DNA of 64,000 nt from positions 800,001-864,000 of the forward strand of contig CAWDML010000001.1 in the NCBI GenBank assembly GCA_963803435.1. Reading direction: 5' to 3'. The notes under the pieces are model-generated. The model was not told the DNA's origin. It did no database searches and worked only from the letters and a program-made list of their open reading frames with translations. Position 1 is the first letter of the stretch. Each line of letters begins with the position of its first letter. The DNA is from an uncultured delta proteobacterium (GTDB lineage: Bacteria > Myxococcota > Kuafuiibacteriia > Kuafuiibacteriales > Kuafuiibacteriaceae). Below are positions 29,469 to 38,883 of this stretch, piece after piece. The translations under genes and the position numbers were made by a program.

Positions 29469-30296
29469 GTGCATGATCGCTACCAGCAGATCTTGTCGGA
29501 ATATCGACCCTACGTGGTGTCCACCCCCAGCCTCCGCGATCGGATGAACCTCGAGCCGCTCGGCCAGCGGCTCAACGTCGAGCACGTCTACTCCTCCCTC
29601 CACATGTCGAGCGGGCCGTTCCTCGATCTGATCCAGCACCTCGACTCCCGCTGCTACACGGTGCTGCAGATGCGGATGCCACGCTGGGCGTTCTACGACT
29701 GCGGAGAGCTCCCCGGCGCCATCATCGGTCTCGGCCGTCGCGCCGCCGAGCTGGGACCGGAGGTGCTCCGCGCCCTCGAGGTCCCGGAGGATTACACCGG
29801 CCTGGTTCCGCTCACCATGTTCGTCGCCATCCCGACGCTCGAGGCGGGCCACTGGCTCGGGCACACGATCAACTCGATCCGCGAGGTCATGGACGCCGGG
29901 CCCACCGAGGGCGCGCGGCGCTTGACCGTCGCGATCGCGCTTTCGGCGCTCCGCGCCGTGCGCTTCACCGCCACCACGCAGTGGGCCTCGGATCAGCTCG
30001 ACGTGATCGCGCACTTCGGTCCGCTCGAGCTCCTGGCCGCCTGGGTGCCGCAGCACGACAAGCCTGGAACCTGCGTGGTGCGCGCCGAGTGCGACGAGGC
30101 CAAGCTGGACCGCGCGCTCTCGTCGGATCCGCCCACGGCGCGCTTCAGCCGGGTGGTCGATCCCGACAACGAGACTGCGTTGATCGGGCTCCACCAGGAC
30201 ATCGAGGCCGGCAGCCGGGTCTTCGTCAGCAGCGTCACCTTCGAGCGCAACGGCGGTCGTCGTGTGCCCCTTCGCTACGAGGAGGTCGGGCCGTGA
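29469..30296 (+). CDS. Hypothetical protein, paralog A of a tandem pair
   Basis: Shares MPRW, ELP, VPEDY.GLVP, AIP, TQW and GPLEL..AW.P.H with the next gene. Confidence 0.85.
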   Translation: MHDRYQQILSEYRPYVVSTPSLRDRMNLEPLGQRLNVEHVYSSLHMSSGPFLDLIQHLDSRCYTVLQMRMPRWAFYDCGELPGAIIGLGRRAAELGPEVLRALEVPEDYTGLVPLTMFVAIPTLEAGHWLGHTINSIREVMDAGPTEGARRLTVAIALSALRAVRFTATTQWASDQLDVIAHFGPLELLAAWVPQHDKPGTCVVRAECDEAKLDRALSSDPPTARFSRVVDPDNETALIGLHQDIEAGSRVFVSSVTFERNGGRRVPLRYEEVGP

Positions 30297-31135
30297 GTCT
30301 CCACCCCAACAACCCGCAGCTGCTTCCGGATCTCGAGCTCTTCGTGGTGGCGACGCGCGAGAATCTGCAGTGCTTCGATCGGGCGCCGTTCGGGCTCGAG
30401 CTGAAGCCGGCCAACGTGTTCGATCCCCTGCGGATGAGCTCGCACGGCTTCCTCGAGCTCCTCAAGCGCCTCGACGAGGTGACGTTCGGCCCCGAGGGCA
30501 TGCCGATGCCTCGCTGGGTCTTCTTCGCGGGCTCGGAGCTGCCCGCCGGCATCGTCGGGTTCGGCCGGCCGCTGGCCCGCATGCGCGACGCCGGCCGGAA
30601 GCTTTTCGGGGTGCCCGAGGACTACCGGGGCCTGGTCCCGTACTCGATGTTCATCGCCATCCCCATGTCGGAGCCCGGAACCTGGATGGGTCACAACCTG
30701 GCCAGCGTCGCCTCGCTGCTCCCCGACGAGAACCTGGAGGGCCTGGGCAGCCTGACGAAGGCGGTGGCGCTCCGCGTCTACCGGACCCGTTGGCAGGTGG
30801 GCGCCACGCAGTGGGACACCCATGCTCTGACGGTCCATACGCGGCTGGGCCCGCTCGAGCTGATCACCGCCTGGACACCCGCCCACGGGGAGCCCTGGAC
30901 GCTGACGTACCGGGCCACCATCGACGACGACACGCTCAAGAACCTCGCGCGCGATCCCGACGGAAAGGTGGTCCGCCCCAAGACGGACTTCTGGATCGAC
31001 AGCGCCGACCACGAGGCGATGAAGGCGCTCCAGATCCGGATTGAGACCGGCGAGCGCTTCTGCATCACCGACCGACCCGAGTCGATCGGCCCGCACCGGC
31101 AGCGCGTCCCCATCGCGAAGCTCACCGCGAGGTAG
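30293..31135 (+). CDS. Hypothetical protein, paralog B of a tandem pair (GNAT-like motifs)
   Basis: GTGA overlap, GGAGG RBS, full-length similarity to paralog A. Confidence 0.85.
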   Translation: MSLHPNNPQLLPDLELFVVATRENLQCFDRAPFGLELKPANVFDPLRMSSHGFLELLKRLDEVTFGPEGMPMPRWVFFAGSELPAGIVGFGRPLARMRDAGRKLFGVPEDYRGLVPYSMFIAIPMSEPGTWMGHNLASVASLLPDENLEGLGSLTKAVALRVYRTRWQVGATQWDTHALTVHTRLGPLELITAWTPAHGEPWTLTYRATIDDDTLKNLARDPDGKVVRPKTDFWIDSADHEAMKALQIRIETGERFCITDRPESIGPHRQRVPIAKLTAR

Positions 31136-31197
31136 AAGCCCACTCGCCGACGTGCTAGGACCGGCCCCGCGCGGCTGCGCAGGAGGAAGGTTCAGCA

Positions 31198-31719
31198 ATG
31201 ATGGGTGGCTTCGTACATCTCGAGCTCAGCACGGACAACGTCAAGAAGGCCAAGTCGTTCTACTCGAAGGTCTTCGGTTGGCAGACCACGGATCTCGACA
31301 TGGCGGGAGGATCGTACACGATGCTCTCGGTTCAGAACCCGGGCGGAGGCATGATGCCGAAGCCGATGGCCGACGCTCCGACGATGTGGCTCCCGTACAT
31401 CGCCGTCGACGACGTCAAGAAGACGACGAAGGACGTCGAGAAGGCGGGCGGCACCACGCTCGTCCCCTTCGTCGGCGCAGAAGGGTTCGGCGAGGGCGCG
31501 ATCTTCGTCGACCCCACCGGCGCCACCTTCGGCGTCTGGAAGTCACTCCGCGAAGCGAGCAACGGAGCCGAGGCCTCCACCGCGACCAAGGCCACCAAGA
31601 AGAAGGCGGCCAAGAAGAAGAGCACCAAGAAGGCGGGGAAGAAGAAGGCCGCCGTCAAGAAGACCGCCGCCAAGAAGACCGCCGGGAAGAAGAAGGCGAA
31701 GCGCAAGTCGAAGCGTTAG
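31198..31719 (+). CDS. VOC/glyoxalase family protein with Lys/Ala-rich tail
   Basis: VHLEL....KAKSFY..VFGW, W..YIAVDD, DPTGA; KKAA repeats. Confidence 0.9.
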   Translation: MMGGFVHLELSTDNVKKAKSFYSKVFGWQTTDLDMAGGSYTMLSVQNPGGGMMPKPMADAPTMWLPYIAVDDVKKTTKDVEKAGGTTLVPFVGAEGFGEGAIFVDPTGATFGVWKSLREASNGAEASTATKATKKKAAKKKSTKKAGKKKAAVKKTAAKKTAGKKKAKRKSKR

Positions 31720-31801
31720 CGAGCGTGCTGGCGCGGAGCAAGTCTCCTATGCCTCGCGCCGCCTCCGGCGTCGCTCGCGACGGCCCTTCGGGCCGATCGG
31801 T

Positions 31802-32349
31802 CGTACCCGGTCGAGCTTGCTTTGCAGGGCAGCCCGCTTCTGCGCGCGGTCCCTGTTTTGCCCGTCCGAGTTCCCCTTGGCCGACTCCCTTCCCTCCACT
31901 CGCTCCGCCAGCGGTGACGCATCATCGCCTTTGTTCGCGAGCTTCCCAGGTAGTACGGAGTCGTCCGACTTCCCGCCGCCGTTCATCGCCTCATTGCCCC
32001 TCTCGGGTTCGATTTGCGGACCGCGCTCCATCGTTCGCGGTCAGCGGCGGGATCTCCCCGGCTTCCGTGTGAAGTGCCTGCGTGCGTGCACCGGGTCTTT
32101 GACCCCGCCGGCGCCCCGGCCGCCTCGCGTGGCGCCGACCGCGATGTTGCCTTCCCCCTCAAGAGACAGGGTCAGCCACCGGGAACAGAGAGATTTCGTG
32201 GCTCAATACCGAGCCCGCCCGCACCCCTGTCAACGCTTCGCCCGGGCCCTTGCGGGCACGCACGCATGACTCGGAGGCCAGGGTGGATCGCTACTCCTTT
32301 CCTGCAATGGACTCTCACCATCAGCACCTCACCGGCTGGGCCGGCGCAC
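31802..32349 (-). mobile_element. Group II intron 5' part (copy 2), truncated at the start of the RT ORF
   Basis: Begins GTGCG at 32349 on the minus strand and is near-identical to 49364-49909. Confidence 0.92.
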
Positions 32350-32435
32350 CTCTCGACTGTCGACGGCCGGGAACCGCCACCAGAGCCTGATACACCTCCG
32401 TGAAGCGTTTTCACGCTGGCGTCCGCCAAGTAAAC

Positions 32436-32871
32436 CTAGAACCGTAGCCCCAGGCGGAGGCCCAGGATCGCGTCCGGCTGGAGGTAGCCCACCTCCAGCC
32501 CCGCGAAGAGGATCCCGCGGTGGAAGCCGAAGCCGAGGGCGCCGTGCCCTCGCAGCAGATCGCCCTTGAAGATCAACCAGGGCCCGCCGCTGGCCTCGAT
32601 GTAGATGAGGCCGCGGGCGAAGACGACGCCGACCAAGAGATCGATCGGGATCCCGGCGGTGGCCGGGGAGGTCACCAGCGCCGCGCCCACGCGCCCGCCG
32701 ACGTAGACCGGTCCGATGATGCGCCCGTCGACCGCCAGGGTCAGATCGAACAGCCCACGGCTGGCGAACCAGTAATTCGCGCCCAGCCCCAGCCGGAGCG
32801 ACACCGCCGAGGCCGTTGCGGGTATCCGCCGACAGCGCCGCCGCGAGGAGCAGGATGCGGAGGGCTCGCAT
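32436..32871 (-). CDS. Small outer-membrane beta-barrel-like protein (frameshift near 32823)
   Basis: Signal peptide, alternating strands and C-terminal LGLRF. Confidence 0.7.
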
Positions 32872-32927
32872 GCCGCGCGAGTTGAGCACGGTCCGAAATC
32901 CACCGCCAGGTGTGGCAACATCACGCC

Positions 32928-33446
32928 ATGGCGCGCGTGATCTACTACGTGACGTCGAGCCTGGACGGGTTCGTCGCGCGAAGAGACGGCGGGATCGATT
33001 GGCTCATGCCGCCGATACCTGAATACGGCTTCGATGAGCTGATGAACGGCATCGATGCGATCGCGATGGGACGTAAGACCTTCGAGCAGAGCCTACGGTT
33101 CGGCGAGGCGCCCGGCCCGCACAAGCCGACCTACGTCTTCTCGAAGACGTCCACCGACACGCACGGACGACCCGTCGAGATCACGAACACATCTCCGCGC
33201 GCCTTCACGGAGCGGCTCGGCGACGTGCGGTTGTGGTTGATGGGCGGAGGTGCCCTCGCGCGAAGCTTCGCGGACGACGGCGTTCTCCACGAGCTGGATC
33301 TGTTCATCCAACCGATCGCGCTCGGCGACGGCATCCGTCTCTTCGATCCGCTCGCGAGCGATCTCCGGTTGGAGCTGACCGAGGTCGTCACCTACCGGAC
33401 CGGCATGGTCCGCGCGCGCTATCGCGCTATGGCGTCTTCCGTCTGA
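32928..33446 (+). CDS. Dihydrofolate reductase / RibD C-terminal family protein
   Basis: SLDGF, MGRKTF, MGGG, P..LGDGI.LF. Confidence 0.92.
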   Translation: MARVIYYVTSSLDGFVARRDGGIDWLMPPIPEYGFDELMNGIDAIAMGRKTFEQSLRFGEAPGPHKPTYVFSKTSTDTHGRPVEITNTSPRAFTERLGDVRLWLMGGGALARSFADDGVLHELDLFIQPIALGDGIRLFDPLASDLRLELTEVVTYRTGMVRARYRAMASSV

Positions 33447-33792
33447 GCTCCCGGGTGCGCTCGACCGTCTCTCTCAAGAACTTCACCGCCATCCGCGCGT
33501 CGGACTTGCTGCGCACCAGGAGCGTGGCGGCACCCCCAGCGTTGGGGACGCGGAGCCGGCTGCTGCGCGGCGTCTGCCAGAGGCCGGTGACGTCGATGCG
33601 GACCGCCCTCTTCTTCGGCCGGGCCCGCAGGTAGGCCAGCGCCCGCTGATCGCAGTCGAGACGGCGATACGCCGCCTCACGCTCCGTCATGACCTTCCCT
33701 TCGCGAATGTCGAGCTCGGCATCCAACAGCGCCTGGATGAGCTCGCCGAGCATGGCGTCCAGTCGTTCCTTCGAGACCTCGTTGCTGTTCAT
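33427..33792 (-). CDS. Small hypothetical protein, paralog of 38341-38697
   Basis: IREG.VM...YRRLDCD..AL.YLR.RP.KR.VRIDV.GLW is shared. Confidence 0.85.
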   Translation of the reverse strand: MNSNEVSKERLDAMLGELIQALLDAELDIREGKVMTEREAAYRRLDCDQRALAYLRARPKKRAVRIDVTGLWQTPRSSRLRVPNAGGAATLLVRSKSDARMAVKFLRETVERTRELRRKTP

Positions 33793-33842
33793 CCCACGCA
33801 CCGAGGTCGCACGGAGCGGGCCAACGACGGTCGAATCGTTTT

Positions 33843-33889
33843 TCGTACGGATCGTCCGGATTCGTCCGCATTCGTCCGGCTGCGTCCGA
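33843..33889. repeat. Tandem (T)CGTCCG units about 10 bp apart, upstream of 33792
   Basis: tcgtacg gatcgtccg gattcgtccg cattcgtccg gctgcgtccg. Confidence 0.65.
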
Positions 33890-33891
33890 GG

Positions 33892-34488
33892 TCAGCTCCA
33901 GCCCTCGAGCGCGTGCCTCCACCGCTCGAGGTCGTCGGGCAGCTTCGACTCGAAACGGAGAGGATCGCCGCGGGTTGGATGCGCGAACGCCAGCATCGAG
34001 GCGTGGAGATAGGTCCGGCGCGCCTCGTCGTCGGCGAGCAGCGGCAGATCGGCCGCATGGAACATCGCCCGGATCCGCTCGCGCAGGTCACCTTGCAGCT
34101 CCGCATCGATGACCGTGACGCCTGCATGCTCGATGCGGGCGCGCACGCGCCAGCTGAGGACGGTGCCGTCCGTGGAGCGCTCGAACCTTCCCGCGTCCTT
34201 CTCGAGACACGCTGCGATCGCCGCCACGAACCCGCGCCGGATCCCGCCGGCGGCGAGCTGCCCGCGCAGCTGAGCGAGCGCCTCACGCTTGCGCGCCACC
34301 ACCAGGAGGCCGGACACGGGCCGATCGAGTCGGAGGAGGGGCTGCGCGTAGCCAAAGATGTCGCGCATCGCGTGGACGAGGTCCGGCTTGTCCGTCGCGC
34401 GCGCCGAGCGAGGCGCCCCCGTGGAGAGCCCGGGCGGCTTGTCCACGACCAGGAGATCCGCGTCCTGGAGCCGGATGTCGACCTGCAC
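33892..34488 (-). CDS. RluA-family pseudouridine synthase-like protein (degenerate)
   Basis: VVDKPPGL, RLDRPVSGLL, LHA..L.F.HP. Confidence 0.75.
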   Translation of the reverse strand: MQVDIRLQDADLLVVDKPPGLSTGAPRSARATDKPDLVHAMRDIFGYAQPLLRLDRPVSGLLVVARKREALAQLRGQLAAGGIRRGFVAAIAACLEKDAGRFERSTDGTVLSWRVRARIEHAGVTVIDAELQGDLRERIRAMFHAADLPLLADDEARRTYLHASMLAFAHPTRGDPLRFESKLPDDLERWRHALEGWS

Positions 34489-34515
34489 CGAGGATCAGCC
34501 TGCCCCGGTTGCAGA

Positions 34516-36069
34516 GTGAAATCCAAAACGAAGGTTTTGCCAGACGGTCCCGATCTCGACTACGAGATCGGGACGGAGACGAGGTTCAGCCAAAAGTATC
34601 GCCTGGGTGAGCGCATCGGCGGTGGTGGCATGGCCGAGGTGTACCGGTCCACGCTCGTGGGGGCTGAGGGCTTTTCGCGCACCGTGGCGGTGAAGAAGAT
34701 CCTCGGGAGCTTCTCCGCCGATCCGATCTTCGCGGAGATGTTCGTCAACGAGGCCAACATCGCCTCGCTCCTCAACCACCCGAACATCGTCTCGGTGCTC
34801 GACTTCGATCGCGACGACAGCGGCCAGCTCTTCCTGGTGATGGAGCTGATCGAGGGCTGCGATCTGAAACAGCTCGTCGATCGCGGGCGCCTCCCCTTCT
34901 CGATCGCCGGCTTCATCGCCTGCGAGATCCTCCGGGCGCTGGCGTTCGCGCACGCGCTCGAGCAGGAGGGACGACCGCTCTCGATCGTGCACCGCGACAT
35001 ATCGCCGCACAACGTGCTGGTCTCCTGGGACGGCGCCGTGAAGCTGTCGGACTTCGGCATCGCCAAGGCGGCCGAGGCCACCCGCGTGACGCAGTCGGGG
35101 CTGATCAAGGGCAAGATCGGTTACATGAGCCCGGAGCAGGTGGAGGGCCTGCCGCTCGACGGACGCTCCGACCTCTTCGCCGTCGGGATCCTGCTCCACG
35201 AGATCCTCACCGGCCAGCGACTGTTCGGCGGCGCGCCGGATCGCGTGGTGCTCAACCGGATCCTGATCGCGCCCATGGAGCCGCCGAGCCGGATCATTCC
35301 GGAGATCCCGCCGGCGCTGGACGCGATCTGCATGAAGCTCCTCGACCGCGAGGTCGAGCATCGCTACCAGCACGCCGGCGAGGCGCTGGAGGCGCTCCTG
35401 TCCTCCGACCTGATCTCGCCCCGCGCCCAGCTCGACCTGGCACGGATGATCAAGGCGCGCCTCGACGACCCGCCGCGCCTGCCCGCGGTCGCCCCCGTGG
35501 AGGCGGCGCTCACGGAGCCGATACCGACCCGCCGGCTCCAGGATTCGACGCGCACCCACACCACCGGCTCACCGCTCGCCGAGCCCGGCCGCCGCGCGCG
35601 CGGTCCGATCGCCCTCGCCCTGGCCGCCGCCGTCGCCGCGATCCTGGTGGTGCGCCTGACTCGAGACGTGCCGGGCCCGCCGGTCCCCACGCCGGTCCAG
35701 GCGATCGCGCCTCTGCCCGCGCAGACGCCGCCGCCGCCGCCGACCCCGACCCGCCTCCGGATCACCTCCACCCCGAGCGGCGCCCGCGTCTTCCTGGATG
35801 GCGCCGCCGAGCCTGCGGGGGTCACGCCGTTCGAGCTCCCCTCGGAAGCGGGCGAAACCAGGTCAATCGTGCTCCGGCTCGAGGGCTACCGCGCCGCCAC
35901 CCACGTCCTGCGAGGTGAGGATCTTCACGTCGAGCTGGCCCCGGCCCGGACGCCCAAGAAGAGGAAAAAGAAGGTCCGAGGTGGCATCCTTCCCGCCGAA
36001 CCGCGGCCCGAGCCGCCGACGGAACCCGGGAAAGAGATCGGTGACGGCATCCTCCGCCCCAACCTCTGA
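34516..36069 (+). CDS. Ser/Thr kinase with TM helix and PEGA domain
   Basis: GGGGMAEVY, HRDISPHN, DFG, GKIGYMSPEQ, ITSTPSGARVFLDG. Confidence 0.92.
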   Translation: MKSKTKVLPDGPDLDYEIGTETRFSQKYRLGERIGGGGMAEVYRSTLVGAEGFSRTVAVKKILGSFSADPIFAEMFVNEANIASLLNHPNIVSVLDFDRDDSGQLFLVMELIEGCDLKQLVDRGRLPFSIAGFIACEILRALAFAHALEQEGRPLSIVHRDISPHNVLVSWDGAVKLSDFGIAKAAEATRVTQSGLIKGKIGYMSPEQVEGLPLDGRSDLFAVGILLHEILTGQRLFGGAPDRVVLNRILIAPMEPPSRIIPEIPPALDAICMKLLDREVEHRYQHAGEALEALLSSDLISPRAQLDLARMIKARLDDPPRLPAVAPVEAALTEPIPTRRLQDSTRTHTTGSPLAEPGRRARGPIALALAAAVAAILVVRLTRDVPGPPVPTPVQAIAPLPAQTPPPPPTPTRLRITSTPSGARVFLDGAAEPAGVTPFELPSEAGETRSIVLRLEGYRAATHVLRGEDLHVELAPARTPKKRKKKVRGGILPAEPRPEPPTEPGKEIGDGILRPNL

Positions 36070-36085
36070 TCCTCACGGGCCCCGG

Positions 36086-37066
36086 GTGCGAGGGCTCCGC
36101 CCGAGCGGGCGTCGTCTCGCGTTCCTCCTGGTCCTCGCCTTCGTGTCGACACCCGCCTTCGCCGACAAGGACAAGGCGCTCGAGTTCTTCGACCGCGGGA
36201 CCACCGCGTACAACCTCGGCCGCTTCGAGGAGGCCATCCGCTGGTACGAGAAGGCCTACGAGGAGGAGCCGCAGCCGGCGTTCCTCTTCAACCTGGCCCA
36301 GTCGCACCGGCAGCTCGGCCGCTGCGAGCGCGCCGCCTTCTTCTACCGTCGCTTCCTCTCCGAGGATCCGGCGACGCCCGCCCGGGAGGAGGTCGAAGCC
36401 CGCATCGCCGAGCAGGATCGACGGTGCGCCGAGAAGCCGGCACCGCCGCCGCCTTCCCCACCACCACCGCCGCCGCCGATCGTGAAGCACCCGCCACCGC
36501 CGCCGCCGCCGCCGCCGATCGTCGAGATCATCGTCGAGCGCAACGATCCCCTCTTCGTCAGCCAGGTGGAGGCGGGCATCGCCTACGTGACGTTCGGTGA
36601 TGTCGCCTCCACCACCAACTTCCGCGCCCGGCTGGGCGCCGCACTCCCCTTTCGCTTCGGCGCGCTCTGGCTCGAGCCCGGGATCCTGGGCGCCATCACA
36701 CCTGTTCGGTATGAGAGCCGCAGCAAGGGCACCGCGCTCCTCTCCGAGGTCTACGGCAACCTCACGGCGGCAATCGTCCTCACCAATCGGATCCGCATCC
36801 GGCTCGAGCTCGGCGCCGGTGTCCTCGTGCTCTCGGGTCTCAAGGACGGCAACCCGTACACGAAGAACGCCGCCGCCACCAGCGGACCCCTCTCGATGTT
36901 CTCGTTCCAGGCCGGCCTCGGGATGGACATCGCGCTCACCCCGGGGCTCTCCGTCGGCATCACCCCGATCACCTTCGCCCTGAGCCCTCCGAAGGCCGGC
37001 CTCCGCTCGGAGATCGATCGCATCCAGCGCCTGTGCGCCACCGCCGGTCTCTCGCTCCGGCTCTGA
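36086..37066 (+). CDS. Secreted TPR protein with Pro-rich linker and beta-barrel-like C-terminus
   Basis: Signal peptide, TPR motifs (FLFNLAQ), poly-Pro. Confidence 0.8.
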   Translation: MRGLRPSGRRLAFLLVLAFVSTPAFADKDKALEFFDRGTTAYNLGRFEEAIRWYEKAYEEEPQPAFLFNLAQSHRQLGRCERAAFFYRRFLSEDPATPAREEVEARIAEQDRRCAEKPAPPPPSPPPPPPPIVKHPPPPPPPPPIVEIIVERNDPLFVSQVEAGIAYVTFGDVASTTNFRARLGAALPFRFGALWLEPGILGAITPVRYESRSKGTALLSEVYGNLTAAIVLTNRIRIRLELGAGVLVLSGLKDGNPYTKNAAATSGPLSMFSFQAGLGMDIALTPGLSVGITPITFALSPPKAGLRSEIDRIQRLCATAGLSLRL

Positions 37067-37072
37067 TCGCGG

Positions 37073-38326
37073 TCACGAGGCCTGGATGATCTCGCGGGCT
37101 CGGTCGAGCTGCTCCAGCGCAGCGGCGAGCCGCGTACGCTCCGGTCGGGTGCGCGCGGCGGACTCGGCCGACTCGGCGAGTCGCGCCCGCGCCAGCTCGC
37201 AGTCGGCGCGGAGCCCCGCGAGCAGGTGCTCCTCGGCGGTGTGGAGGTGCGCGGCCACGTGATCGGCGGCCGCGGTCCGCAGCGCCGGATCCTCGAGCGG
37301 CTTCTTGGCCGACTTGCGGATGGCGCGGGCCGTCAGCATGCCGACGGCTGCGCCGATGAGCGCGAGCTTGGGACCGCCGCGCCAGTACCCGACGGCGCCG
37401 GCGGCGACGGGGATCAGCCAGCGGGCAGCCGGCGCGGGGGCGCTCGCGGGCAGCGCGACGGCCGGGGCGGTGAAGTCGGCGACCTCCGCCGTCCGGAGCG
37501 CGGTGAGGGCGGCCGCAAGCTCGGGGAGGTTCTCGGCGTGGATGGAGACCCGCCGGCCGAGGCGCTCGGCGAACGTGGCGGCGAAACGGTCCCGGAGCCA
37601 CTTCTCGAGGGACGCCTCGACGCGGTCGCGGCTGGGGAGCTCGCCGTGGTTGGCGGTGACGGTGTCGACCCAGTCGGAGAAGCAGCGCAGGACCTCCTCG
37701 CGAAGCTCGGTGATCACCTCGCCGGACGCCTGCCGGACGGCGTCGATCGCGACCGACGAGCGTTGCTGGTAGGCGGCGCGCGCGCGCTCCGCCTCCTCCG
37801 GATCGGGGAGCTGACCGAGCCGCTCACCGAGACTCTGGTGGTCGCGGGCGAGCGCCTCGAGGGCAGGGCGGGCCTGCGACGAGAGGACCCGGCTGCGGAG
37901 CGCGTCCTTCTCCGCGATCCATCGCTCGAGCGTTCCGCGCAGGAGGGCGGGGTCGTCGACCAGCGCCATCTCCACGTCGCCGAGGCGATCGGTGAAGCGG
38001 CGCTCGGCCGCGTCGTTGGGCGGATCGCCGGGCACGATGATCCAAGCGTCGACGCCGGTCGGGCGATCGATCGAGGAGATCGACCAGACGTCGCGCTTCA
38101 CCCCCAGGCTGTCGACCAGCGAGAGGATGTCGGTGATCGGCCGTCCACCCTCGGTCGCGATGCCGACGCGAAGGCTCACCGTCTGCACCTGGACGAGCGC
38201 GCGATCGGCGAAGGCGCGCAGCTCCGCGGCCGAGGGGGTCTCGAGATCGGCGATCAGATCGATCAGCCGCATCACTTCGCTGGCATCCACGCGGAAGAGA
38301 GAACACCAGATGCGCGGCGCCGTCAT
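37073..38326 (-). CDS. Helical coiled-coil protein with a hydrophobic hairpin (dynamin stalk/paddle-like)
   Basis: Long amphipathic helices around WLIPVAAGAVG..GG..LALIGAAVG; no P-loop seen. Confidence 0.6.
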   Translation of the reverse strand: MTAPRIWCSLFRVDASEVMRLIDLIADLETPSAAELRAFADRALVQVQTVSLRVGIATEGGRPITDILSLVDSLGVKRDVWSISSIDRPTGVDAWIIVPGDPPNDAAERRFTDRLGDVEMALVDDPALLRGTLERWIAEKDALRSRVLSSQARPALEALARDHQSLGERLGQLPDPEEAERARAAYQQRSSVAIDAVRQASGEVITELREEVLRCFSDWVDTVTANHGELPSRDRVEASLEKWLRDRFAATFAERLGRRVSIHAENLPELAAALTALRTAEVADFTAPAVALPASAPAPAARWLIPVAAGAVGYWRGGPKLALIGAAVGMLTARAIRKSAKKPLEDPALRTAAADHVAAHLHTAEEHLLAGLRADCELARARLAESAESAARTRPERTRLAAALEQLDRAREIIQAS

Positions 38327-38340
38327 CCCCCGGTCGAGTC

Positions 38341-38697
38341 TCATGCGGCGAGCTGACGCGTCGCCGCCACCACTGCTCGGAGGTACGAAGCGGCCTCCTC
38401 CACATCCTCCAGGTTCGTCACCATGAGCGTCAGCGATCCGGCGGAGCGGTTGAGCGCCAGCTGACTCGGACCCGGACACCGCCACAGCCCGCTCACGTCG
38501 ATCCGCACGACGCGCTTCATGGGCCGGCAGCGCAGATAGCAGAGCGCCTTTCCGTCGCAGTCCAGCCGGCGATAGGGCGCCACGCCGGCCAGCGACATCA
38601 CCGCCCCCTCCCGGATCCCTCCGGGCCCCGACACCAGGCGCGCCACCAGCCGATCCGCCAGAAGCGCCAGAAAAGCCTCGAGCTCTCTTCGATCCAT
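38341..38697 (-). CDS. Small hypothetical protein, paralog of 33427-33792
   Basis: Shared motifs and a strong AGGAGG RBS at 38703-38708. Confidence 0.88.
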   Translation of the reverse strand: MDRRELEAFLALLADRLVARLVSGPGGIREGAVMSLAGVAPYRRLDCDGKALCYLRCRPMKRVVRIDVSGLWRCPGPSQLALNRSAGSLTLMVTNLEDVEEAASYLRAVVAATRQLAA

Positions 38698-38883
38698 GCA
38701 AACCTCCTATTGTCGTTGACAGTCGGTTTGTATCGCACATCCCAGGCCAAGCGTTTCAGCCCCGACTCCCGGCGATCGTTCGATTTCCGCCGGGATTTCG
38801 AACAACTCCGGACGACCGTTTCGGACGTTTCGCACGAACCCGAAGCGTTGCGCCCGCTCCCAAACCATGGTCGCTGGGCGTCG

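Noticed and set aside
36440-36520. ccg-rich repeats (also 3535-3575)
   Set aside because: They encode ordinary Pro-rich linkers.
38700-38860. Riboswitch upstream of the small gene
   Set aside because: One hairpin is visible but I recognise no known aptamer consensus; it needs an Rfam scan.
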